From a virus, in IMG/VR virus record IMGVR_UViG_3300013947_000055, positions 1 to 52,072 of that record: a stretch of DNA of 52,072 nt. One strand, 5' to 3'. The notes beneath the pieces were generated by a model that was not told the origin of the DNA, searched no databases, and saw nothing but the letters and a program-made list of their open reading frames with translations. Positions within the stretch are counted from its first letter, which is position 1. Each line of letters begins with the position of its first letter. A program made the position numbers and the translations under genes. Of the stretch, positions 43,170 through 51,368 are shown piece after piece.

Positions 43170-43449
43170 ACTGTGTACCCCCTTCCTCTACGCTCTGTCC
43201 AAAGAGCTTACTGTTGTTGTGCTCAAAAATATTTTCAAGAACTTTGAGAATACCCACTCCCAAGATGGTATGGATAGCGGGCTCTGACAGCTCTGCCATG
43301 GTGTAGACCTGCTGTAACTTGACCGTCGAGTAGACGGCAATCCCATAGCTGATAAACACCCACACAAGCGCCGACACCTGTGTAGTTATGAACAGCATCC
43401 TCGTGATGCTCACCATCTTGGCTTTGGTAAGTCTTTTGCCTTTGCTCAT
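43141..43449 (-). CDS. Small membrane protein
   Basis: ATGA coupling to the terL stop; hydrophobic helices ([23 protein letters not shown]; [11 protein letters not shown]). Confidence 0.5.
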   Translation of the reverse strand: MSKGKRLTKAKMVSITRMLFITTQVSALVWVFISYGIAVYSTVKLQQVYTMAELSEPAIHTILGVGILKVLENIFEHNNSKLFGQSVEEGGTQYGSDEETAG

Positions 43450-44771
43450 GCAATCTCTCCTCTCCTGCTGTTGCGCGGGATGTACTTAATGTCTGCGACC
43501 TCGTAAGTGTCCAGAGCGTACCAGATCGCCGAGAACGTATGCGGGTCAATGTTGAACTCGTCATAGATGAGGTTGTCCTGCTTGTCCTTGGCATAGATTA
43601 GCGTGCTGAGCTCCCTTATCGTGTTAGGACAGTTGGGAGAACAGACAATCTTGTGGAAACGCTTGACTTTCCTCGTGTTGGCGAGTCGTGACCCTGCATA
43701 CTTGTGACAACCACGCATTCTAAATCCCGACTGTCGATAGAATGCAATGGCTTTAGGATCTTCGCAGTCGGCGATAATTTGAACCTTGTCAAGTCCATCC
43801 TTCTTGAGCTCCTTCTCAGTTTTGTCGTCAGTCATGTGGTTGCGGTAGTACTCGTAGTAAATGTAAAGGATCTTCTGTGCGTCGTCTATGGCGACCTTGA
43901 CCACCGCATTGTAAGACTCCTCAAAGCCGAAGTCCATGCCGCAGAACTTGAACTTGTCCGGAATCACTGCAACCGCAGCCATCACAGCCTTGTGGGACGC
44001 AGCCACCTCAAACTGAGGCAGAACCCTCTTACCGTTGAGGCCAAACCTACCAAGACGGGCGATTCTGTACAGGTCGGGATCGTACTCTCGCATCTGGTCA
44101 AGGGTCTCTATATAAGACTGAGGTAAGAACAGGTTGTCGTCAGCCACACTGTGATGGTAGTACACTCCATTCTTGACGATCGTACGACGCTTGTACAGGA
44201 CTTTGTCATCAAGAGTGATGTGCTCATTACCCTCATCGTCCAGCCGCTTAAAGAAGTGCTGGTACACCCAGTTTTCCGTCCCAACCGGATTTGTAGACAG
44301 AATAAAATGCAGCGACAGCGTAGGATGACGCAGACGACCGAGCAGCTCCTTGTAGCCAGCATATTTGATCTCAGAGCACTCTTCCAGCCAGACTATTGTC
44401 ACGCCGTTAATGGACTTGAGCTTTGTGGGCTTGTCCATGCCCTTGAAGATAATCACAGACCCGTTAGGGAACCTGATCTTCATAGGGGAGACGGAGCAGC
44501 GGACTTTGTTCTTGCTTGTGCCAACAAGGTCAAACTCCTCCAAGATCTCGACCAACAGGTCATAGCAAGAGTCACGGATGGTATCAAACACCTCTCTGAC
44601 CACAAGCACCTTTCTCTTCTCTTGGAGACACTTTAAGATGATCTTGAGCGCAATGTGGTAGGACTTACTCGACCCGTAACCACCGACCAGAAGGTAAGTC
44701 TTGTAATCCCAGTCCCAAATGAAGCTCTCGAATCTGGGATTGACTTCCTTATCCACAACCATTGATGTCAT
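43446..44771 (-). CDS. terL: Terminase large subunit
   Basis: Walker [12 protein letters not shown], Walker B VWLEE, C-terminal RNase H-like nuclease region (GMDFG...IADCE). Confidence 0.9.
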   Translation of the reverse strand: MTSMVVDKEVNPRFESFIWDWDYKTYLLVGGYGSSKSYHIALKIILKCLQEKRKVLVVREVFDTIRDSCYDLLVEILEEFDLVGTSKNKVRCSVSPMKIRFPNGSVIIFKGMDKPTKLKSINGVTIVWLEECSEIKYAGYKELLGRLRHPTLSLHFILSTNPVGTENWVYQHFFKRLDDEGNEHITLDDKVLYKRRTIVKNGVYYHHSVADDNLFLPQSYIETLDQMREYDPDLYRIARLGRFGLNGKRVLPQFEVAASHKAVMAAVAVIPDKFKFCGMDFGFEESYNAVVKVAIDDAQKILYIYYEYYRNHMTDDKTEKELKKDGLDKVQIIADCEDPKAIAFYRQSGFRMRGCHKYAGSRLANTRKVKRFHKIVCSPNCPNTIRELSTLIYAKDKQDNLIYDEFNIDPHTFSAIWYALDTYEVADIKYIPRNSRRGEIA

Positions 44772-44925
44772 CCCCGTTCAGTATATTTATTAAATAGGTG
44801 TATATACTAATTTTGCGCTGTAAATTGCTCACCGCCCGTGTGTCACCTCGAGCCTCGGCTACGTCAAGGTTGATCTTACAGCGGCGGAGCTGCACCTGAC
44901 AGAAGCGGAGGGCGTCGTCTCTCAT
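44749..44925 (-). CDS. Small hypothetical protein (58 aa) upstream of terL; not in the ORF track
   Basis: Hand translation: [58 protein letters not shown]; RBS aaggggtg; 23-nt overlap with the terL start. Confidence 0.35.
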   Translation of the reverse strand: MRDDALRFCQVQLRRCKINLDVAEARGDTRAVSNLQRKISIYTYLINILNGDDINGCG

Positions 44926-44942
44926 TTGTCATCACCCCTTTC

Positions 44943-45542
44943 TTAGACCTCGTCACCGGCAAGGAGCTTCTTAAGGAGCTGGTTCTTTACTTCCTCAATG
45001 GTCTTCTGCTTTTCCAGATCCCTATCCTCTGCATCCTGCAAGCTCCTCTTCAGTCTTTTATTTTCTGCTTTGAGCACTGTAACCTGCTCTTTAAGAGACT
45101 GTACCATCTCACTCTTCAAGATTCTTGCCTTTTCAGGACGAAGCTGATCATACCCAGAAAGAACGAGTTCCACGGCCTCAGCTCGTTCTTGAGCTTCAGG
45201 GCAGATGTAGTATCCATGTTTTCTGAGAGAGGGAAGCACTACTGATGTAACCCAGTGCTTGAATTCTTTTGCGAACTCAGTCTTGCTTGCGAAAATAAGA
45301 CTGTAAAGACCGGACTCGTTAACTAACACGACGTTTGGATTACCTCTCTTACCACTGTGAGCAGTACCCTGTAAATTGTACAGAATGCGATCTTCTTCAT
45401 CCACCCAGCGGGAAACAGTTCGTTCAGGATGACGCAGCCTAAGAGCGGAAAGTACGTCGGTGGCAACAAACCAAGGCTGATCGTCAATTTCGACGAGTCT
45501 GAGTTTTCCGAGCGCGAGATTTTCATAAGATATAATGTTCAT
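44943..45542 (-). CDS. Bro-N domain protein (antirepressor-like) with coiled-coil C-terminus
   Basis: LRLVEIDDQPWFVATDVLSALRL...NVVLVNESGLYSLIF matches the Bro-N pattern. Confidence 0.75.
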   Translation of the reverse strand: MNIISYENLALGKLRLVEIDDQPWFVATDVLSALRLRHPERTVSRWVDEEDRILYNLQGTAHSGKRGNPNVVLVNESGLYSLIFASKTEFAKEFKHWVTSVVLPSLRKHGYYICPEAQERAEAVELVLSGYDQLRPEKARILKSEMVQSLKEQVTVLKAENKRLKRSLQDAEDRDLEKQKTIEEVKNQLLKKLLAGDEV

Positions 45543-45556
45543 AAAATGTCCTCCTT

Positions 45557-45715
45557 TTCATAAATAAATGGTCATAATTCCCCCCCCGATCGGGGGGTGT
45601 ATTTCCCGGAAGGGAGGCGTGTTTCACACCCACCTTCATAAATAAATCATAAAGGGGGGGGTCGAAACGACCCCCCTTTTCCCTCGGAAGGGTCATCGAC
45701 CATGAATACCCGTGT
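45557..45715. repeat. Degenerate tandem duplication (about 78-nt period), each unit with ttcataaataaat plus a homopolymer G/C hairpin
   Basis: ttcataaataaat at 45557..45569 and 45635..45647; hairpins cccccc-gatc-gggggg (45582..45597) and ggggggtcg-aaa-cgacccccc (45656..45676); related tails tttcccggaaggga / ttccctcggaaggg. Confidence 0.7.
45656..45676. terminator. Hairpin terminator downstream of terS (T-tracts on both strands)
   Basis: 9-bp stem ggggggtcg/cgacccccc with aaa loop, flanked by tttt on the plus strand and tttatgattt on the minus strand. Confidence 0.55.
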
Positions 45716-45736
45716 CACCACTTGACGGGGGGTAGG

Positions 45737-46474
45737 TTATTCTTCCTCGTCTTTACCTGTACTATCCTTGCGTCTACCACGAACGATGTTGATCGTAAGC
45801 TCATCGTCACCACCAGAGTCCTCAAGGAGCTTCTTCTTGAGCTCAAACTCCTCACGCTTCATGGCAATCTCAGCATGGATCTTCTGGATCTCGGCAAGCT
45901 CCTTACTGGATACCCACTTAGACCCGCAAGCGCAATCCAGAACGTGTCTTGCACCATTCGCACCGTCACGATCGTACAAGCGCTTCTCGGCGTATGCCTC
46001 AATCCTTTGCTTGGCTCTTGTCAATGCGCGTGAGAAAGTTAAGATATCATCCGTGTCGCACCTTAACTCATCCAAGATCGGGTCTACGTCGCCGTCTCTA
46101 TACATGAGAATCGATCCCGTTGTAATTCCCATGTGATACGCAAACCCTGACATGGTATAGGGCTCGACTTGACCCGTAAGAATCTCGCCGTGCTTGTCCC
46201 GCTGTAAAGTGCCATACTTGTCAAAGATAGGACCATTACAAGAATCAAAGTACCCGTCGATTCTGGCCTGTAAATCTTCTGCAGAATAGAAATAAATTCT
46301 TCGACCGGGATTGTGAGTCATGCCAACTTTCCCCGGCAACCGGATACCCCTAAAGTCAACCACAAGATGCCTGTCGTCGACCCATCTTGACCGTACCACA
46401 GGATGCCTTGGCACTCTGATTGTGACCTCCTCATAAGGCTGCTCCCAGGGTCTGGGGGGCTTTTTCTTAGGCAT
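45737..46474 (-). CDS. terS: Terminase small subunit (tentative)
   Basis: First gene of the late arm; VEPYTMSGFAYHMGITTGSILMY resembles the HTH segment of P27-type small terminases. Confidence 0.5.
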   Translation of the reverse strand: MPKKKPPRPWEQPYEEVTIRVPRHPVVRSRWVDDRHLVVDFRGIRLPGKVGMTHNPGRRIYFYSAEDLQARIDGYFDSCNGPIFDKYGTLQRDKHGEILTGQVEPYTMSGFAYHMGITTGSILMYRDGDVDPILDELRCDTDDILTFSRALTRAKQRIEAYAEKRLYDRDGANGARHVLDCACGSKWVSSKELAEIQKIHAEIAMKREEFELKKKLLEDSGGDDELTINIVRGRRKDSTGKDEEE

Positions 46475-46529
46475 ACATATCCTCCTTCCGAATACTGTTA
46501 GTATTCATCTATCTCAACTTTCCACATAT

Positions 46530-46558
46530 ATTATACTATTAGTATTCGGAAAAGTAAA
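46530..46558 (-). promoter_or_regulatory. Late-arm promoter gcTTTACTtttccgaat-N-TATAAT with embedded palindrome
   Basis: Minus strand: -35 TTTACT (46553..46558), 17-nt spacer, -10 TATAAT (46530..46535). Palindrome atactattagtat at 46533..46545 and a near copy atactgttagtat at 46492..46504 in the 5' UTR. Confidence 0.7.
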
Positions 46559-46559
46559 G

Positions 46560-47300
46560 CACATTTTCCGTCCATTTTCACCCCATCTTGTCGAAAAAAT
46601 CTCATTTTACTCCTCCGAGTTATGATTTCGTTTGGGCAGTTTTATTTTCCATCTTGGAAAAGTTCATTTTCGTCTCCAAGATTCCTCCGAAAATCCACCC
46701 AAAGGAATTTTTTCGAACCCGGAAAATCGGTCACTTTTCGATTTTTCCACCGCGACGATTTTCGATTTTACTCCACCCTCACCACCTGCCATTTTCCCAA
46801 GTTACAAGATCACTTTTTCCGCGAAAAAAAGTCGGATTTCTTGTGTTTCCGCCTTTTTTTGAACTCATAAAAAAGTCGGACCACCTTGTGAGCACCCCTC
46901 CCTTCCTTGTATATTACTCCATGGAGAAATGCAAAAAAAGTCGGATTCGCCCAAGATGAGCCCAAGATCTACAACGACTTTTTTTACTCCTTCTTACTTC
47001 ATTAAGAGAATAAAATTTAATATATTAAACAAAAGTTAAGCAGCATAAAACATAACATTTTCCCTTAATTAAAAAATCCGGGGCAAAAAAAGTCGGACTC
47101 TTCCGCCTGTAATTCTCTATAAAAACACCACCTTTTTCACCCTTTTTATCATTACTCCACGGAGTAATATCCTTGTAATTTCACAAGCCCCACAAGACCT
47201 CCACTTCCGCTCGTTCCGACTTTTTTTGAACCCGTTTTTACATTCCACGCCTTTTTTACCGTTTCCTCATGGAGTAATGAACAAGATTCCAACCCCGCCA
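46560..47300. repeat. Repeat-dense, ORF-poor divergence region (candidate replication origin / regulatory hub)
   Basis: A6-7GTCGGA boxes at 46824..46836, 46869..46880, 46933..46945, 47085..47097 (+) and 47215..47227 (-), plus a degenerate copy at 46973..46985 (-). ATTACTCC/GGAGTAAT motifs include the inverted repeat 47151..47168. Many CAyTTTyC repeats. AT-rich core with 14-nt palindrome tttaatatattaaa at 47016..47029. Confidence 0.75.
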
Positions 47301-47363
47301 CACCGAAAACCCTACTCTCCCTAAGAGTTTCCCACCTCAACTGAAAATCTTTACAAAAAGGGC

Positions 47364-47392
47364 TTGCTTTTTCCGAAAAATGAGAGTATGAT
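47364..47392 (+). promoter_or_regulatory. Early promoter gcTTGCTT-N17-TATGAT
   Basis: -35 ttgctt 47364..47369, spacer tttccgaaaaatgagag, -10 tatgat 47387..47392; 50 nt upstream of ATG 47443. Confidence 0.7.
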
Positions 47393-47442
47393 GAATTCAT
47401 AAATCAAGCAGCTCACACAAATCTACACTATAGGAGGCCACC

Positions 47443-47799
47443 ATGTCTACCACTACCCCCACTACCCCCATCCGTCCCAGCACCAACGCCTACAACCTCA
47501 AGGCAAGGCTGTTCAGTTGTAAGTACAACGACATCGTCAACATCCCTGCCTACGAGAACGCCTCCGGCGACCGCAGAATCGCCTACAACCTGTACCACAT
47601 CTACCTCCGTGACTGTGCCGAGATGGAGAAAGCAACCTCATCCCTGACCACTCTTCCCCCTATTATCACGAGCCCGTCCATCCGCTGCGCTGTCAACAAG
47701 ATGCTCAAAGAGTCCGACACTGAGCTCGAGTCGTTGGTCAGTCATCTGGAGAACCTTACCTACAACCCCGACACACGTGACTGGGAGGCCAGAAAATGA
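47443..47799 (+). CDS. Hypothetical early protein
   Basis: RBS taggagg; first gene of the early arm. Confidence 0.65.
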   Translation: MSTTTPTTPIRPSTNAYNLKARLFSCKYNDIVNIPAYENASGDRRIAYNLYHIYLRDCAEMEKATSSLTTLPPIITSPSIRCAVNKMLKESDTELESLVSHLENLTYNPDTRDWEARK

Positions 47800-47951
47800 T
47801 CACTCTCACCACCTCACAGGTCATCTTCATCACCATTGGAGTTTCCACAACGGTCAACACCCTGTGTAAGTTCCTGTTCATGCTGGACACTCCCCGCCGC
47901 TCCCGCAGCCACACCACCAACCGCCACAACCATCACACCACCAACCACTAA
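47796..47951 (+). CDS. Small membrane protein (51 aa), not in the ORF track
   Basis: ATGA coupling; hand translation MITLTTSQVIFITIGVSTTVNTLCKFLFMLDTPRRSRSHTTNRHNHHTTNH: one TM helix plus a basic tail. Confidence 0.4.
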   Translation: MITLTTSQVIFITIGVSTTVNTLCKFLFMLDTPRRSRSHTTNRHNHHTTNH

Positions 47952-47963
47952 GGAGGATCGACA

Positions 47964-48524
47964 ATGTACTATGGCAACATCAAGGACTGTGACATCGCCA
48001 ACGGAGAGGGGGTAAGAATTTCCCTGTTCGTGTCGGGATGCACAAACCACTGCCGAGGCTGCTTCCAGCCCGAGACGTGGGACTTCAAGTATGGCAGTCC
48101 ATTCACTTTCAAGGTACAGGATGACATCCTGAGTATGCTCGCACCATCCTATATCGATGGTCTCACCGTCCTGGGAGGCGAACCCTTTGAGCCGTCCAAT
48201 CAGCACTCCCTCCTGCCGTTCCTGGAGCTGGTACACAACATTTACCCCGACAAGACCATCTGGATGTACACAGGCTTTACCTACGAGGACCTCATCACTC
48301 CCGGAGCTCATCCTCACACTGCTATCACCAGCAAGATCCTCGGTCTCATCGACGTCCTTGTAGATGGTCCATTCGACATCGACCAGAGCGACATCTCACT
48401 CAGGTTTAGAGGCTCACGCAACCAGCGCATCATCGACGTACCACCTACGCTCTCCACGGGTCACGTAGTCCTTTACGACGAGGTCGCACATCATCCCTGG
48501 ATGACCAAGCACTCCCAGTTCTGA
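47964..48524 (+). CDS. nrdG: Anaerobic ribonucleoside-triphosphate reductase activating protein (radical SAM)
   Basis: RBS taaggagg; DCDIANGEGVRISLFVSGCTNHCRGCFQPETW (CxxxCxxC) and GLTVLGGEP, collinear with T4 NrdG as I recall it. Confidence 0.85.
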   Translation: MYYGNIKDCDIANGEGVRISLFVSGCTNHCRGCFQPETWDFKYGSPFTFKVQDDILSMLAPSYIDGLTVLGGEPFEPSNQHSLLPFLELVHNIYPDKTIWMYTGFTYEDLITPGAHPHTAITSKILGLIDVLVDGPFDIDQSDISLRFRGSRNQRIIDVPPTLSTGHVVLYDEVAHHPWMTKHSQF

Positions 48525-48533
48525 GGTGCAGTC

Positions 48534-48779
48534 ATGTATCACTTTGAGTTGTTACCTCGCGCCCCCGGTCATCCCACACAACCCTGTCAGCGGGATTGTC
48601 CAAACCGGACGGCAACCTGTAAACCTACCTGTCCTAAGTGGACCGAGTACGAGGCTGCCCTCACCGCGTGGAGGGCGTCCACTCACCCGGAGACACTTTT
48701 CCTCACAAGTACATACACCGCCGCAAAGGAGTCCAAATTCCGTCAGTTTTCCAAGACGAAAAAGCATCACTACCGCTGA
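48534..48779 (+). CDS. Hypothetical Cys-rich small protein
   Basis: PCQRDCPNRTATCKPTCPKWTEYE pattern; RBS gaggtg. Confidence 0.55.
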   Translation: MYHFELLPRAPGHPTQPCQRDCPNRTATCKPTCPKWTEYEAALTAWRASTHPETLFLTSTYTAAKESKFRQFSKTKKHHYR

Positions 48780-48912
48780 CCACCCCCACACCTACCTCAC
48801 CCCCTCCGCTGACGAAATCGTCCTGTAAAACCACCCGAGAATCAGGACTTTCGGATCGCACCCGTCCCCCACACCCCCGCGCACACTATATCACCGAAAG
48901 GAGACCACTATC

Positions 48913-49176
48913 ATGAAGTTAACCCCTATAACAGTCGAGGAGGCTCATAAAGTCCCCAAACACAAGCATGACGCGCCCTGTAATGACGTCCTCGGCACAC
49001 TGAACCAGTTCATTGTATCTGGTAAAGAGGCCGCCCTTGTCGAGGTCACACCGGGAGACTACACAAGCGTTCACTCAGCGTTCTCGTCCTTCTACAAGGC
49101 CATCAAGACCAAGAACTACCCCGTCACGGCAGAACTCAGGTCTGGCTGCCTGTACCTGTACCGAACCCACATTTAA
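48913..49176 (+). CDS. Hypothetical protein
   Basis: RBS aaaggag; 87 aa. Confidence 0.6.
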   Translation: MKLTPITVEEAHKVPKHKHDAPCNDVLGTLNQFIVSGKEAALVEVTPGDYTSVHSAFSSFYKAIKTKNYPVTAELRSGCLYLYRTHI

Positions 49177-49194
49177 GAAAGGAGACTTACCCAC

Positions 49195-49431
49195 ATGAAC
49201 AGCATCAACATCGGTCTTGGCAACTTTGTCAACAGTGACCACGTCATCGCCATTGTGAGCCCTGAATCGGCTCCGGTCAAGCGCCTCGTACAGGACGCCA
49301 AGGACAACAACCGTGTCATTGACGCCACCTATGGTCGCCGCACCAGATCTGTCGTCATCATGACCAACGGCACAGTCGTGCTGTCGGCCAGCCAGCCCGC
49401 AACCATCATCGATCGCAACAACAAAGACTAA
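49195..49431 (+). CDS. RemA-like (DUF370) DNA-binding regulator
   Basis: [68 protein letters not shown] is collinear with B. subtilis RemA as I recall it. Confidence 0.8.
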   Translation: MNSINIGLGNFVNSDHVIAIVSPESAPVKRLVQDAKDNNRVIDATYGRRTRSVVIMTNGTVVLSASQPATIIDRNNKD

Positions 49432-49454
49432 CTACACTGTAAAGGAGAACAACC

Positions 49455-49829
49455 ATGACAGACTTAGAACTCACCAACCACATTCACGACATCCTCAAGG
49501 ATTTAGGATGCCCCATCAGCATGAGTGGCTTCGATTATGTCACCTACGGCGTCAAGCTCATGTACAATTCCTCACGCAGACTTGCCATCACCAGAGAGCT
49601 GTATCCCGCCATCGCATCTCAGTATAACACCACGGACACTAGGGTCGAGCGTTGCATCAGAACCTTTGTCCAGACCACTCTGGACCGAGGCTCCTATGTG
49701 GACATTCACAAGGTGTTCGGCAATGTCTTCCGTGACAAGTCCGGCACTATTGTCAATGGTGACTTCTTGTATGGTCTCAAGTATGAGCTTGAGCGCCGGA
49801 TCCAGGCAGAGGAGAAGAGCTGTGATTAA
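49455..49829 (+). CDS. Spo0A C-terminal (effector/DNA-binding) domain protein without receiver domain
   Basis: ITRELYPAIASQYNTTDTRVERCIRTFVQTT matches the Spo0A_C recognition helix region (ITK-LYPDIAKK-NTT-SRVERAIRHAIE). Confidence 0.8.
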   Translation: MTDLELTNHIHDILKDLGCPISMSGFDYVTYGVKLMYNSSRRLAITRELYPAIASQYNTTDTRVERCIRTFVQTTLDRGSYVDIHKVFGNVFRDKSGTIVNGDFLYGLKYELERRIQAEEKSCD

Positions 49830-49830
49830 G

Positions 49831-50004
49831 ATGATAGTCCTTTCAGAGGACGACTACAATGCAGTCCTTGCTCAGCTTAATGATGCAAGAGTTGTATGTG
49901 CTGAAGCTCAGGCTGCAAGATTCACTGCCACTCACACCTATTATCTGTCAGAAATTGACAGACGACTGGAGTCTATTCAGGGTATTTTGAAGAAGGGGGA
50001 ATAA
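49831..50004 (+). CDS. Hypothetical small protein
   Basis: ATG 2 nt after the upstream stop; the ORF-track version (49525..) overlaps the Spo0A-like gene out of frame. Confidence 0.45.
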   Translation: MIVLSEDDYNAVLAQLNDARVVCAEAQAARFTATHTYYLSEIDRRLESIQGILKKGE

Positions 50005-50006
50005 TT

Positions 50007-50219
50007 TTGGTTACTTTACGAGTATTCCTGAAGTCAGGTCAGAGCTTTGACATTCGTGCCGAAGGTGGTAGCTGTGGCTACAACACCCTTACTGGAGAGC
50101 TGAAGTCATTCAAGTATGAGGGTGCTGTCGCCGATATTCCGATCTACCTGAATCCTACACAGGTGGAGGCCATCGTGCAGGTGCATAAGGATGACGAGGA
50201 GGAGGGACTCCTGAAATGA
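50007..50219 (+). CDS. Hypothetical small protein (TTG start)
   Basis: RBS aaggggg 8 nt upstream of the TTG. Confidence 0.45.
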   Translation: MVTLRVFLKSGQSFDIRAEGGSCGYNTLTGELKSFKYEGAVADIPIYLNPTQVEAIVQVHKDDEEEGLLK

Positions 50220-50303
50220 CCGGCAAAGACATTTTGACCCTCTTCTGTATGGTCTGGGTATTCTTGGTCGCAGTTGGCTGCCATGCAGGGAGGAGGTGAT
50301 ATT

Positions 50304-50609
50304 GTGACTGAATACATTGAGCGCGAAGCCGTCGTCAAGCGCATTCAAGAGATTTATTGCATAGGGTGCAATAGCTACCACGGAGTAAGATGCCGTGCGT
50401 GCGGAACAGGCGACGCGATTGATATTGTCGAGGATTTTTCTGCCGCTGACGTTGCGCCGGTGGTACATGCGCGGTGGATTGACGGTAAATGCTCAAACTG
50501 CGGCGTGGATATCCCGACCGACGACGCTCACGGTGTTATCTTTGGGAGCGAGTGCCGTTTTTGCTACTATTGTGGCGCTCGGATGGACGGAGGCGATGGC
50601 GATGAGTGA
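50304..50609 (+). CDS. Hypothetical Cys-rich protein, paralog of 50602..50850
   Basis: RBS aggaggtga then GTG 50304; EYIEREAVVKRIQEIYCIGC...CRAC...DVAPVVHARW...CSNCG...CYYCG. Confidence 0.55.
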   Translation: MTEYIEREAVVKRIQEIYCIGCNSYHGVRCRACGTGDAIDIVEDFSAADVAPVVHARWIDGKCSNCGVDIPTDDAHGVIFGSECRFCYYCGARMDGGDGDE

Positions 50610-50850
50610 ATACGTCTCAAGAGAAGACGCTGTAAAAGCTATTCGAGAAAGATGCTCGCCTTGCGGAGAGGCCATTGAGGCTATCAGGGATGCTCCCACC
50701 GTCGACGCCGTGGTCGTGACGCGCTGCAAGGATTGTGCACGTTATCGTTTAGGATTGAACGATGGTGTACCGGAGAACTGGTGTGGCAGAACTGGATTTG
50801 TTCAGCGAGATGACGATTTTTGTAGTCATTCTAAGGTAAAGAGGGACTAA
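50602..50850 (+). CDS. Hypothetical Cys-rich protein, paralog of 50304..50609
   Basis: EYVSREDAVKAIRERCSPCG...VDAVVVTRCKDCARY...NWCG...DFCSH; 8-nt overlap with the upstream gene. Confidence 0.55.
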   Translation: MSEYVSREDAVKAIRERCSPCGEAIEAIRDAPTVDAVVVTRCKDCARYRLGLNDGVPENWCGRTGFVQRDDDFCSHSKVKRD

Positions 50851-50858
50851 TTTTAAGA

Positions 50859-50884
50859 GCTCCCTGAGGGAAACCTTGGGGAGC
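50859..50884 (+). terminator. Hairpin terminator (gctccct-N12-ggggagc) followed by attttctttg
   Basis: Located 9 nt after the stop at 50850; followed by a T-rich tract. Confidence 0.55.
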
Positions 50885-51017
50885 ATTTTCTTTGAAAATT
50901 TTCAAAATTTGTGATTTTTCTGTAAAATCTGGTGTTTTCCAAACTTGTGCTACCTATAAGAGGACGAAAAATCTTTTTTTCTTGTAGAATCCTAACTATT
51001 TCTTACAAAACTGTAAC

Positions 51018-51046
51018 TTTACAACTGTAGAAATATGAAGTATGAT
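51018..51046 (+). promoter_or_regulatory. Promoter TTTACA-N17-TATGAT
   Basis: -35 tttaca 51018..51023, spacer actgtagaaatatgaag (contains the CTGTAGAA motif), -10 tatgat 51041..51046. Confidence 0.65.
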
Positions 51047-51088
51047 ATGTTCACAAGTTAAGCAACACACCACTTCAAGGAGGACAAC

Positions 51089-51355
51089 ATGAACAAGATT
51101 AAGAGAAGTATGCTCAAGGAGATCGCTGAAAAGTTACAGGAGCTGGAAGGGCTCAGGGACGAGATCCTTGAAGATCTGCAGCAAGTCATCGATGACGAGC
51201 AGGAATCCTACGACAACCTTCCCGAGTCGATCCAGGACAGTGAGCGCGGCGAACAGATGCAGGAGTATCTCGATACCCTGAATGAGGTGCTCAGCGAAAT
51301 CGAGAGTATGGATTGTGACGCTACTCAATGGGCTGATACATTATCTGACATCTAA
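51089..51355 (+). CDS. Hypothetical acidic protein
   Basis: RBS aaggagg; 88 aa, strongly acidic helical protein. Confidence 0.6.
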   Translation: MNKIKRSMLKEIAEKLQELEGLRDEILEDLQQVIDDEQESYDNLPESIQDSERGEQMQEYLDTLNEVLSEIESMDCDATQWADTLSDI

Positions 51356-51368
51356 GGAGGACACTACA

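Noticed and set aside
46588-46959. Three overlapping 76-123-aa ORFs in the divergence region
   Set aside because: They have a low-complexity Phe/Ser/Pro-rich translation produced by T-rich repeats, no RBS, and all three frames open over the same repeats. The repeats are a better explanation.
46824-47227. Possible CRISPR-like array, given the repeated A7GTCGGA boxes
   Set aside because: The repeats are only 12-13 nt long, their spacing is irregular (about 45, 64 and 152 nt), one copy is inverted, and no cas genes are present.
50216-50299. 27-codon ORF (MTGKDILTLFCMVWVFLVAVGCHAGRR) coupled by ATGA to the upstream gene
   Set aside because: It is too short to support without expression data, and its 3' end is the RBS of the next gene.
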